From Eukaryota sp. TZLM1-RC (lineage: Eukaryota > Protista > Metamonada: BaSk clade): 64,000 nucleotides of DNA. The notes under the pieces are model-generated. The model had not been told where the DNA came from and searched no databases. It was given only the letters and a program-made list of their open reading frames with translations. Location: contig JAUPSS010000002.1 of the NCBI GenBank assembly GCA_040285825.1, positions 1,426,001 to 1,490,000 on the forward strand. Direction: 5' to 3'. Position numbers and translations under genes: made by a program. This document shows, piece by piece, positions 46,089-56,800 of the stretch; within the stretch, counting starts at the first letter, position 1, and every line of letters begins with the position of its first letter.

Positions 46089-47065
46089 ATTTTATTATTA
46101 TTATAGAGTGACAACATACAGCTAAGAGCTAGAACTTATAAGAAGAAAAATTCTCCACATCTACCCTTACACTTCTATATATCTTTTTGAATATCTGAGA
46201 CAAGTATTTGGGAAAGCTTCGAAATAAAGCAAAGATGATTCTATTACGCCAAATGGAGATGTTAAATAATCTGTTACGTTCAAGACATAACTTGGCAAAA
46301 GAATCAAGAAACTTTTGACCTATCTTACCAATACTTCCAAAAATCGAAATTGCAAAAGGAATGAAGACAAAAGAAGAGTATAAATTTTGATTAAGATTCC
46401 TCATTACTTCATCATACAACTGATTTTTACGTGCCTCCGCCTGACACAGATGCGAATTTTCATCATTAAAAACTGAAGACAAGTACACTTTTGCACAAGG
46501 GTCAACAATAGTAAAATCAACAACCGCCTGAGATGAGTTAGTAAAGGGTACAATCAAATCTCCACGACGACAATTGAAAATATCGTTATCACTGTAGTGT
46601 TTCAGTAGAGGTTCTATTTTCCCATTAAAACCATGACACCTAAACATCTCATATGTCACATCACGAACTGAATTGTGTAAGATTGACCTGAACTGAAGGA
46701 ACTTTTTACAACTGACAATATGTTTGAAATCAGCTTTAGGTCTTTTAACACAGCAACAAACACTATTATCCAATAGTTCTGAGGGAAATAATCCAAGGCG
46801 AAGTCGCATATTCACTTTCCACGCATCATTGTCGAGATGAAGACCAAATGGTCTAGGCTGTTGTGTGATAAGAGCACTACTTTGTTGTAAATCAATCAAA
46901 AAGGCTGCAAAAACGGGATTCTCTGACTTTGTCACACTAAGACGTTTAGCAAAATCCAAGTCCTCGAGACTATGTAAGATAGAATTTTGTAATTTAACAA
47001 CATAAAATCGTAAAGAATCAACAGATTCTCTCAGGAATATCATCAACCTTAGATGGAAAGCACTT
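46089..47065 (-). mobile_element. 5'-truncated RLE retrotransposon family C, candidate 12-bp TSD
   Basis: ORF 46129..47046: MRLRLGL, CCC..HIVSC, LHNSVRD, RRGDL, VDFTIVDP, AEARK, FIPFAISIFG; ATATTTAATTTT at 46077-46088 and 47066-47077 (AT-rich, could be chance); (TAA)n-like tail. Confidence 0.85.
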
Positions 47066-47229
47066 ATATTTAATTTTCATTAATATAAATTTATATTAAT
47101 ATAAAAGTCTATGGTAATTTGTCTCTATCAATATTCTTGAGCTGAGGTAAGCATGTGAGGCCATATAGTAATTGTAATTAATTGACCCCAGAATTGATGA
47201 TACAATTATTTGGCAATTCGATTCTTTCA

Positions 47230-48666
47230 ATGAACATCTTACTTGTCATAGGAACATTAGTTGTCTTTGTGTTGTTACTAATTATCAACAGCTCTCTTAT
47301 TCAGTACTTCCAACACTCAGATGACAAGGGTCAATCATACCTTACAAAGTTCCTTATACACCTGTCGTTTCTTCTGGCCGAGGGCGCAATTTTATTACTT
47401 CCAGTGGATATTATCAATGCAAGAGATCCTACCTTTCCCATGGACCTCATCTGGCAGGTTGTCTTTGTCTCAATGCTTGTACTTACCTCCTTCATCCTTC
47501 CATTCACCTTGTTTTGGTATGAATCCCTGGATGAACACGGTAAGACTCATGCTTTTAAAGCATTTTGCTTTGTTCTTACCACATTTTTCTTTCTTGCTCT
47601 TGGGATCTTTCTGCTATTCTCGTTCTTTGGTCGTGCATCAATTCCCATCAGCGTACTCACTTCATCCATGACCACTTCGCCTCCCTCTTCTTGTGAATGC
47701 ATCAACTGTGTCAGTGAGAACCTGAACATTGATTTTTACGTCACCTTCCCCCTTTACATTATTGCATGCTTCACTCTCCTTGGTTGGTTCTTGTTTGTTC
47801 TTTTCGGATCCATTGGAATCGCATCCCTACCAATGGACTTGCTCAATGCGTACAGAACACGACCAAGAAAGATTCTAACTAGACAATATGCAGAACTGAA
47901 GTCCCAGATAGCGGATAGGGCATCAAAGCTATTAATTATAGCCAATGCCATGAGTCAGGACGTTGATACTTCTACTGAGTCAAGAATGGGAAAGAAGGAA
48001 CTGAAATTGATTACAAAATTCAAACAGCAAGTTTTATTACTAGAGGAGGAGCACAAACACCTGCAGATTGCTGGTAATAAGCTCCAGTACCAACCTTTTA
48101 AATACTTTGGATACTTGGTCTTGGCCTTGCTAGGTCTGATTGTCTCTTTGGGTTGGGCAATCCACATTTTTGTATACGTTATGCCAAGTAAAGTTCTTCA
48201 CCCTTTTTTAAACACCATCTTGTTGAAATTAGATTCTAGTTTTCCTTTATTTGGCATCATTTTATATGGATTTTTTGCTTTTTATTTGCTATTGTGTGTC
48301 TATAAGGGAACTTTTAAATTTGGGTTTAGGTTCTTTTTTATCCCAATTCACCCAATGGAAAAAGGCAATACGTTACTTAATTCCTTTTTATTTAATTTGA
48401 TTTTAATTTTATTGACCATTTTCCCTGTCATTCAATTCTGCATTCTTTCATTTAGAGAATACGCGAGATTGACTTCTGTTTCTTCTTTATTTGGTGTCAC
48501 TTTTAACCATTTGATGGGATTTAGTTACTTTTGGGATTTCTATATATATGGACTAGTTGGTCTCTCTATCATTTCGTTTTTGTTTTTATTCTTTTTCCCA
48601 GGCCGCAAAAGTACAGATTTGATGAAGGAATTAGAAGATTCTTTCCGGACTAACCCTGATTTGTAG
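47230..48666 (+). CDS. LMBR1-like membrane protein
   Basis: YFQHSDD, LLPVDI, FILPFTLFWYES, GWFLFVLFGSIGIASLPMDL, IHPMEKGNTLLNSFLFN. Confidence 0.92.
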   Translation: MNILLVIGTLVVFVLLLIINSSLIQYFQHSDDKGQSYLTKFLIHLSFLLAEGAILLLPVDIINARDPTFPMDLIWQVVFVSMLVLTSFILPFTLFWYESLDEHGKTHAFKAFCFVLTTFFFLALGIFLLFSFFGRASIPISVLTSSMTTSPPSSCECINCVSENLNIDFYVTFPLYIIACFTLLGWFLFVLFGSIGIASLPMDLLNAYRTRPRKILTRQYAELKSQIADRASKLLIIANAMSQDVDTSTESRMGKKELKLITKFKQQVLLLEEEHKHLQIAGNKLQYQPFKYFGYLVLALLGLIVSLGWAIHIFVYVMPSKVLHPFLNTILLKLDSSFPLFGIILYGFFAFYLLLCVYKGTFKFGFRFFFIPIHPMEKGNTLLNSFLFNLILILLTIFPVIQFCILSFREYARLTSVSSLFGVTFNHLMGFSYFWDFYIYGLVGLSIISFLFLFFFPGRKSTDLMKELEDSFRTNPDL

Positions 48667-48680
48667 AATAAATAAAGTTT

Positions 48681-49634
48681 TTATGAGCTTTTATGCACAA
48701 ACTCTATGGAATAAGCATTGACATCAATCTCATATGGAAAATACTCCTCTATCCATCCCTTGTACTCTGTATCTATAGTTTTCGTCCATGATACACCTTC
48801 TGTGTTGCTTACGATCGGTGTAACTGAACTTAATGATACCAATCCTGTCCAGGCTGTTGTTACATTTATGAATGAATGGTCAACGTCTTGTTTCAGAACA
48901 GATCCTTTAATCAGATTATTTATGCTGACATCTCCTCTTTCAACGGACAGCTGTTTACTAGCTCCTGGGAACAGATGATCACATTGCTGATAATGAACCA
49001 CTGTGTCTACTAAAGTAGTGATATCAGCATTAATGTGTGCTTCATTGCTTCTCAACTTCTTAATGTCAAGCCTTGACCCATGGAATTCAAAGTAACATGT
49101 ATTGATGGTCTCAATGTGTGCATCTTTGGCCTCAATGTAGGTATTGAGGAACATGAGAGCCGTCTTTGGAATAAGAACAGTTAGTTGAGATTCGGTACAT
49201 GAAGGTAATATGAGGCCCCTTCTCCTGTGTTTTAGATCAAGGGTTAGACGTTGACCTGAAACATCAGGTAATACATGTGTGTTTTGTGTACTGGTTGTTG
49301 TTGTCTGCAATTTACCAAAGTAGGTTATTGTTTCCTGTACATTAAGGTTGTATTCTGGGTCATCCATAGCCATTATATACAGATCACCATCGGTCAGTAT
49401 TGTCATTGCAACAATGTCTGTCAAAGGAATAGTGTAGTTTTGCATGTGAACCTTCCATGTTTCATTCCCTGGACATTGATAGAACAGTATTAGTGCTGAT
49501 ATAAGTAGCAGGGAAGTAGGAAGTAGGACTGCCAAAATGGATGTAGTTGGACATCGTGTTCTTGCTTTAGCTGAAGCAAACTCTCTCTCTAACTGATATA
49601 CTGATGGTCTATCGGGCACAAATCTAACCATCAT
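48681..49634 (-). CDS. Type II membrane protein with beta-rich ectodomain, unknown
   Basis: 317-aa ORF with a single TM near the N-terminus. Confidence 0.6.
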   Translation of the reverse strand: MMVRFVPDRPSVYQLEREFASAKARTRCPTTSILAVLLPTSLLLISALILFYQCPGNETWKVHMQNYTIPLTDIVAMTILTDGDLYIMAMDDPEYNLNVQETITYFGKLQTTTTSTQNTHVLPDVSGQRLTLDLKHRRRGLILPSCTESQLTVLIPKTALMFLNTYIEAKDAHIETINTCYFEFHGSRLDIKKLRSNEAHINADITTLVDTVVHYQQCDHLFPGASKQLSVERGDVSINNLIKGSVLKQDVDHSFINVTTAWTGLVSLSSVTPIVSNTEGVSWTKTIDTEYKGWIEEYFPYEIDVNAYSIEFVHKSS

Positions 49635-49738
49635 TAATTATCTGATTCAGCCAAAAAGGCTAAAAAGCTGGGCAACTGTAGATCCAGATATCCTATGTTG
49701 AAAAAGCCTACTCCACCATACTGACACTACCTATTGAA

Positions 49739-51274
49739 ATGAGACAACAGATTTACTCTATATTTCCACATCTACATCTCCAGTGCCTTTTGAAATTGAG
49801 ATTAATCTCAAAGTCGGTCCAAACAGATGTACAACACTATCTTGAGCAACGAACCTCTTTTGACATGGGAGTTGACAGAATACCTGTAAACAAAGCCTCG
49901 TTTGTCGTTTCACTGATGCCTAACCTTCAATCCCTGGAATTGGGCTTGCAACCTGTCAATTTTTTTAGTGTTGAATCAAAGTCATTCGTCACCAAAGACC
50001 GCTTGCCTTTCGCTTCCAACATTCCTCCACGCAATGAGTTTTTTGTATGTGATCTCGATATTTCTGAGTATCACCACCAAGTCACCAACCTGGGAGTGGA
50101 TGTTACACTTCTATCCACACTATTTGGAACTCCAAAGCAGCTGCTGGCTGTTCACATGAGACCTCCTCTTCATTCCCCTTCATTTGCCTGCACTCGTCTA
50201 TTTCTCAACGTACCTTCAAGTCAGAATGCTTATGTTCGCCCTTTGCTGGAAATCGTCCCTAATGTAACTGAGTTACATGTCACTGGTGGAGTTCTTGATG
50301 ACCCCCATGCCTTTGCAAGCATGTCTGTCGCCCTCAAGGGCTTTCATTTACAGAAGTTTAGTATTATGGAACCCGCTACACTCTGTGCTATGTATCACCT
50401 TCCCTCTTTACTATCGTCTCTCCCCGTCTCTTCTTTACATTTATGTATGAAAGATGTACAGATAGAACCAAGCTTGATACCCCCAGATACGAACATTAGC
50501 ATTTTCGAGCTGTCATTAACCTCACCAGCTCCGCGAACTATCGAACGCCTTCCTCGAAACGTTCAAAAACTTGGCATCACTAACATTGTTGATGGTGTTG
50601 TGAGTGAAATACCTCCTTGTTGTCGGGAAGTTTATCTTGGCATCAGAAGTGATCACTCTATCAGCAGGCTTCCACATAATGCACAATGGGACACCTTTGT
50701 TGTTACAGGAGATCCCTCTTCTCTGACACCATTACCATTCATCCAAGAACTTCCCCATTGTCTTTATAGCTTAGTGCTATGTGATGTAGAAGTTCTTAAC
50801 CACACACTGTTCGAAGTTGCAGATTGCTGTCCCTATTTGGGATTTCTATCCATCCGACAATGCTGTGATGTGCAGCATAACTTATTTGGTGGAATAATTG
50901 CCTGTGTTTCCAACATTAAAACCTTGAAGTACCTAGAATTGGATAATGCAGTAATTTGTCAAACATCATTGGCGACGTCCCCTTATCCTTCAAGTGAGTT
51001 GAGAATGCTAAAAGACCTTTCATTTAATCAATGCCATGGTTCCTTTTCTCTGTTGGAAGCGCTCTTGCCACTCTGTACAGCTTTATCTGACTTATATTTG
51101 GTGAATTGTACTGATGATGCCTTATCTGGTATAATTGGAACCCTTTTACTTCAACAGCCTTTGGTAAGAATTGTTTTGAAGGGATTCAAGCATCACTCAT
51201 CTATCAATATGCCTGCTTTCGTTGGGAGTGTTGTCAAAAAGTGTGAGTTTGTGGATATTGTACCTTTAGATTGA
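49739..51274 (+). CDS. F-box-like / leucine-rich-repeat protein
   Basis: IFPHLHLQCLLKLRLISK (F-box-like) and LxxLxL repeats (CPYLGFLSIRQC, LKYLELDN, CTALSDLYLVNC). Confidence 0.65.
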   Translation: MRQQIYSIFPHLHLQCLLKLRLISKSVQTDVQHYLEQRTSFDMGVDRIPVNKASFVVSLMPNLQSLELGLQPVNFFSVESKSFVTKDRLPFASNIPPRNEFFVCDLDISEYHHQVTNLGVDVTLLSTLFGTPKQLLAVHMRPPLHSPSFACTRLFLNVPSSQNAYVRPLLEIVPNVTELHVTGGVLDDPHAFASMSVALKGFHLQKFSIMEPATLCAMYHLPSLLSSLPVSSLHLCMKDVQIEPSLIPPDTNISIFELSLTSPAPRTIERLPRNVQKLGITNIVDGVVSEIPPCCREVYLGIRSDHSISRLPHNAQWDTFVVTGDPSSLTPLPFIQELPHCLYSLVLCDVEVLNHTLFEVADCCPYLGFLSIRQCCDVQHNLFGGIIACVSNIKTLKYLELDNAVICQTSLATSPYPSSELRMLKDLSFNQCHGSFSLLEALLPLCTALSDLYLVNCTDDALSGIIGTLLLQQPLVRIVLKGFKHHSSINMPAFVGSVVKKCEFVDIVPLD

Positions 51275-51599
51275 TTTCTTCATTGATAAATACTTGTTTT
51301 TGTTTCTTTCAATTCATAGATTTTGCTGATTGGTGATAACAACAATGATATTTGAGATTTAAGTGTTACTCTACGACAGAATCAGTGGTCAACACGCTCA
51401 AACAACCCGTCTTGTTCTAATTACAATACTTTGCTTTGAATGCTCCACTGTTTTTCAGAAATTTACATCTGACTTTAAGTCTATCAGTATAATAAACGCT
51501 CATACAACAGATCAGGCCATTAAGAGACTTGAGTGGCGATTTTCAGTAGCTTAAGTAGTTCTGTTTCAGACACATTGAAGAAAGTGAAAATTGTCTATT

Positions 51600-51975
51600 C
51601 AAATACAAATTCAATCATTTGATGGAATTGGCCGATTACGTTTGAGATTACTGATTGATGATCCACCCGAACACGCAGTTTCTGAGGTCAAAAATGGTTG
51701 TTGAAAAAGCACCGAAGCACCAAAGGCAAATACTTTCCCAAAATTAACAACCAAATATCGATGTAACTGCTGCAATGTTTCACAAATTCCGTTTTTGCTA
51801 ACTTTTCAATTGATCTTAAGAAAGTAGCTCAAGTTGTCTCATCTCCTAGATTCCAAATGTTTATGGTTAATTGTTAAATGACCATCAATGGACAACTGCC
51901 CTGAGGATGAGGTGTTTTCTGTGGCCATGCGGTGTGCCAAATGATTTGATTTGTCGTTGTGGTCAGCTTATTATT
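51600..51975 (+). mobile_element. Degenerate RLE family B-like fragment
   Basis: Manual translation ESSSSCLIS*IPNVYG*LLNDHQWTTALRMRCFLWPCGVPNDLICRCGQL matches the start of ORF 42998..43705. Confidence 0.75.
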
Positions 51976-51980
51976 TTGAA

Positions 51981-53833
51981 TGTTGGCGCCCTTAGGCTTA
52001 TATCATATGAATAGTAAATAAATCAGGCTTTTCTTTATTACAATAGATTTTAGGCAACAATAATTATTGACCATTTTAAAATCAAAGATATACACAAATA
52101 ACCTCAGCACTCAACAAGAAACCAGCAAACCAGATATCTTCTTTATATCAGACATCTTCCAGAAAACTTTGACCTTACTCATTCACTACCTAATATGTAG
52201 CAACAGGATATATACACACAACAACATACATCTACAAAAAAAAGAAGGACGAGGAGGAAACAAACCCGGATCCCACCTCCCCCTTCAAGAAAGAAAGAAG
52301 AAGTTGAAAAAGAGGACGAGGTCCCTCCTTCTTCAGACGAGAAAGAGGCAACGAGAACGGACCCGGCTCCTTCTCCCCTCAAAAGAAAAGAAGAAACAGA
52401 TGAGGTAACGAGAACGGACCTGGCTCCCTCTCCCCTCAAGAATAAAGGATTGTCCACGGAGGCAGAGAGAACCGACCCGGCTCCTTTTCCCCTCCCAAAC
52501 ATAGAATCTGTCACAAAGGTAACGGATGGAAATTCCACCTTAGACACGTCTTCTTCACTAGGAGAGTATGAAAAAATTCAATCTCAACTAGATGAGATGG
52601 AAAATGAAGACGACTCATTTGAGGGATTCTATCAGCTTTTAAGAGAGGACGCGGAAGCCTACCTCGAGCCTATAGATTTCTGTCTGTTCGAGCAGCTTCC
52701 TACTTTATGGAGCACCATTCCAAAACGAGGCAGAAACGTTGATTTCCAGACCTTCGATATGGTCGAAATACCCAAAGGGTATTAGAAATTTCCCTTAACG
52801 AGAGGAATGAGCTCATTAAAGCTCTAGACAAATCAAGTAGAGAGACGTTCAGACGCAACGCAGTGCGTCGTCCGAAATTCTTTGGTGAGGACAAGAAGAT
52901 TAAAGAGATAATGACCCTTCCCATCAACGATAGATTGGATTGGAAGGCCTCTCATTTAGACCACCATGGCAGAAGAATAAGGTTTCTCTCCATCGAGCAG
53001 AGAAGTAGGACCGACTCAGAACACATCCAAATTGCTTGCCTGGTTTGATTCCAATTTCGATACGGAAATTTATAGTTACACGGAGTTAACAGAGGGTGCT
53101 CCCACATATTTGCGGGAATTCATGGAGCAGGAAGACAGTAGTAATCCGGACAACCTTGAACCAGTAACACCCTGGTTCGACGCAGACGCTTTGAACAATA
53201 TTCATACGGAACGATTATCTGTATCCACGTATTGGAGCCGTCCCAACAACTACGTACAACAACACGGTAACTCGTTCACGAAACAACGAGATTGCAGACA
53301 ATGGTTAACGGAAAGATCCATCCACATTTCTCCACCTTCCACAATTACCTGTTGTGGCTCCCCTAATTTCAGAAAAAAATCAACCTATACAGGTCAGCTC
53401 TATAGACAGCATTCCCGAACACGTTCCAACAGTGAACGTCCCGGTACCTGTAGTAAGACAAGACGTTACATCTCAGGAAGAAACAACTTTTTCTCAACCC
53501 ATGGAAAGCGAAATTGGAGAAGATACAGAGTTGAACGAACCAGTCGTTGGAGAAACGGCTCCTCCTCAACTTTCAGTAAGAACCTCTTCCTCTGACAGAC
53601 CCATGCGTATCGAGGACCTTCAATCCTCAAGAAGAGCTATCGACATGAGCATAGCCAGTAGCCTTCATAGACAAATTGACTCACGGTTTAAGGACATCGA
53701 CTATAAAAGACCTCGATTATCCGCTGATGACCCTATCAATAAAATGTCTATCATAGCTTTTCTTTTGAAATACCAAACTTGGGATAAATACGGGCAAAAG
53801 ATAGCTAATAAAGGCTTTAAAGCACCAGGTTAA
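51981..53833 (+). pseudogene. Frameshifted acidic/Pro-rich ORF of an unidentified element (possibly retroelement gag/ORF1)
   Basis: Chain of collinear plus-strand ORFs 52067-53833; begins after TGTTGGCGCCC where the RLE remnant stops; 3 x 57-bp repeats (RTD[P/L]AP[S/F]PL) at 52353, 52410, 52467. Confidence 0.4.
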
Positions 53834-56800
53834 TCATATTGGACCAGAGCCTTCATGATAGCTACCCAGCTTTTCGGAGAAGGTCAAACAGAGATAACCC
53901 AAGATAGAATTAAAGATCTCCCCAAACATATACGTGACGAGATCACAAGGGACACAACTCAGCCTTTGGTAAAAATTGACCCAGCTATAACAGATAAGCT
54001 CGATACGTCCCGGTACCTGTAGTAAGACAAGACGTTACATCTCAGGAAGAAACAACTTTTTCTCAACCCATGGAAAGCGAAATTGGAGAAGATACAGAGT
54101 TGAACGAACCAGTCGTTGGAGAAACGGCTCCTCCTCAACTTTCAGTAAGAACCTCTTCCTCTGACAGACCCATGCGTATTGAGGACCTTCAATCCTCAAG
54201 AAGAGCTATCGACATGAGCATAGCCAGTAGCCTTCATAGACAAATTGACTCACGGTTTAAGGACATCGACTATAAAAGACCTCGATTATCCGCTGTTGAC
54301 CCTATCAATAAAATGTCTATCATAGCTTTTCTTTTGAAATACCAAACTTGGGATAAATACGGGCAAAAGATAGCTAATAAAGGCTTTGAAGCACCAGGTT
54401 AATCATATTGGACCAGAGCCTTCATGATAGCTACCCAGCTTTTCGGAGAAGGTCAAACAGAGATAACCCAAGATAGAATTAAAGATCTCCCCAAACATAT
54501 ACGTGACGAAATCACAAGGGACACAACTCAGCCTTTGGTAAAAATTGACCCAGCTATAACAGATAAGCTCGATACGTCCCGGTACCTGTAGTAAGACAAG
54601 ACGTTACATCTTAGGAAGAAACAACTTTTTCTCAACCCATGGAAAGCGAAATTGGAGAAGATATAGAGTTGAACGAACCAGTCGTTGGAGAAACGGCTCC
54701 TCCTCAACTTTCACTAAGAACCTCTTCTTCTGACAGACCCATGCGTATTGAGGACCTTCAATCCTCAAGAAGTGCTATCGACATGAGCATAGCCAGTAGC
54801 CTTCATAGACAAATTGACTCACGGTTTAAGGACATCGACTATAAAAGACCTCGATTATCCGCTAATGACCCTATCAATAAAATGTCTATCATAGCTTTTT
54901 CTTTTGAAATACCAAACTTGGGATAAATACGGGCAAAAGATAGCTAATAAAGGCTTTGAAGCACCAGGTTAATCATATTGGACCAGAGCCTTCATGATAG
55001 CTACCCAGCTTTTCGGAGAAGGTCAAACAGAAATAACCCAAGATAGAATTAAAGATCTCCCCAAACATATACGTGACGAGATCACAAGGGACACAACTCA
55101 GCCTTTGGTAAAAATTGACCCAGCTATAACAGATAAGCTCGATACGTCCCGGTACCTGTAGTAAGACAAGACGTTACATCTCAGGAAGAAACAATTTTTT
55201 TCTCAACCCATGGAAAGCGAAATTGGAGAAGATATAGAGTTGAACGAACCAGTCGTTGGAGAAACGGCTCCTCCTCAACTTTCAGTAAGAACCTCTTCTT
55301 CTGACAGACCCATGCGTATTGAGGACCTTCAATCCTCAAGAAGAGCTATCGACATGAGCATAGCCAGTAGCCTTCATAGACAAATGACTCACGGTTTAAG
55401 GACATCGACTATAAAAGACCTCGATTATCCGCTGATGACCCTATCAATAAAATGTCTATCATAGCTTTTCTTTTGAAATACCAAACTTGGGATAAATACG
55501 GGCAAAAGATAGCTAATAAAGGCTTTGAAGCACCAGGTTAATCATATTGGACCAGAGCCTTCATGATAGCTACCCAGCTTTTTCGGAGAAGGTCAAACAG
55601 AGATAACCCAAGATAGAATTAAAGATCTCCCCAAACATATACGTGACGAGATCACAAGGGACACAGCTCAGCCTTTGGTAAAAATTGACCCAGCTATAAC
55701 AGATAAGCTCGATACGTCCCGGTACCTGTAGTAAGACAAGACGTTACATCTCAGGAAGAAACAACTTTTTCTCAACCCATGGAAAGCGAAATTGGAGAAG
55801 ATACAGAGTTGAACGAACCAGTCGTTGGAGAAACGGCTCCTCCTCAACTTTCAGTAAGAACCTCTTCCTCTGACAGACCCATGCGTATTGAGGACCTTCA
55901 ATCCTCAAGAAGAGCTATCGACATGAGCATAGCCAGTAGCCTTCATAGACAAATTGACTCACGGTTTAAGGACATCGACTATAAAAGACCTCGATTATCC
56001 GCTGTTGACCCTATCAATAAAATGTCTATCATAGCTTTTCTTTTGAAATACCAAACTTGGGATAAATACGGGCAAAAGATAGCTAATAAAGGCTTTGAAG
56101 CACCAGGTTAATCATATTGGACCAGAGCCTTCATGATAGCTACCCAGCTTTTCGGAGAAGGTCAAACAGAGATAACCCAAGATAGAATTAAAGATCTCCC
56201 CAAACATATACGTGACGAAATCACAAGGGACACAACTCAGCCTTTGGTAAAAATTGACCCAGCTATAACAGATAAGCTCGATACGTCCCGGTACCTGTAG
56301 TAAGACAAGACGTTACATCTTAGGAAGAAACAACTTTTTCTCAACCCATGGAAAGCGAAATTGGAGAAGATATAGAGTTGAACGAACCAGTCGTTGGAGA
56401 AACGGCTCCTCCTCAACTTTCACTAAGAACCTCTTCTTCTGACAGACCCATGCGTATTGAGGACCTTCAATCCTCAAGAAGTGCTATCGACATGAGCATA
56501 GCCAGTAGCCTTCATAGACAAATTGACTCACGGTTTAAGGACATCGACTATAAAAGACCTCGATTATCCGCTAATGACCCTATCAATAAAATGTCTATCA
56601 TAGCTTTTCTTTTGAAATACCAAACTTGGGATAAATACGGGCAAAAGATAGCTAATAAAGGCTTTGAAGCACCAGGTTAATCATATTGGACCAGAGCCTT
56701 CATGATAGCTACCCAGCTTTTCGGAGAAGGTCAAACAGAAATAACCCAAGATAGAATTAAAGATCTCCCCAAACATATACGTGACGAGATCACAAGGGAC

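Noticed and set aside
47079-47100. Perfect 22-bp palindrome ATTAATATAAATTTATATTAAT
   Set aside because: Pure A/T in a very AT-rich tract; no supporting context
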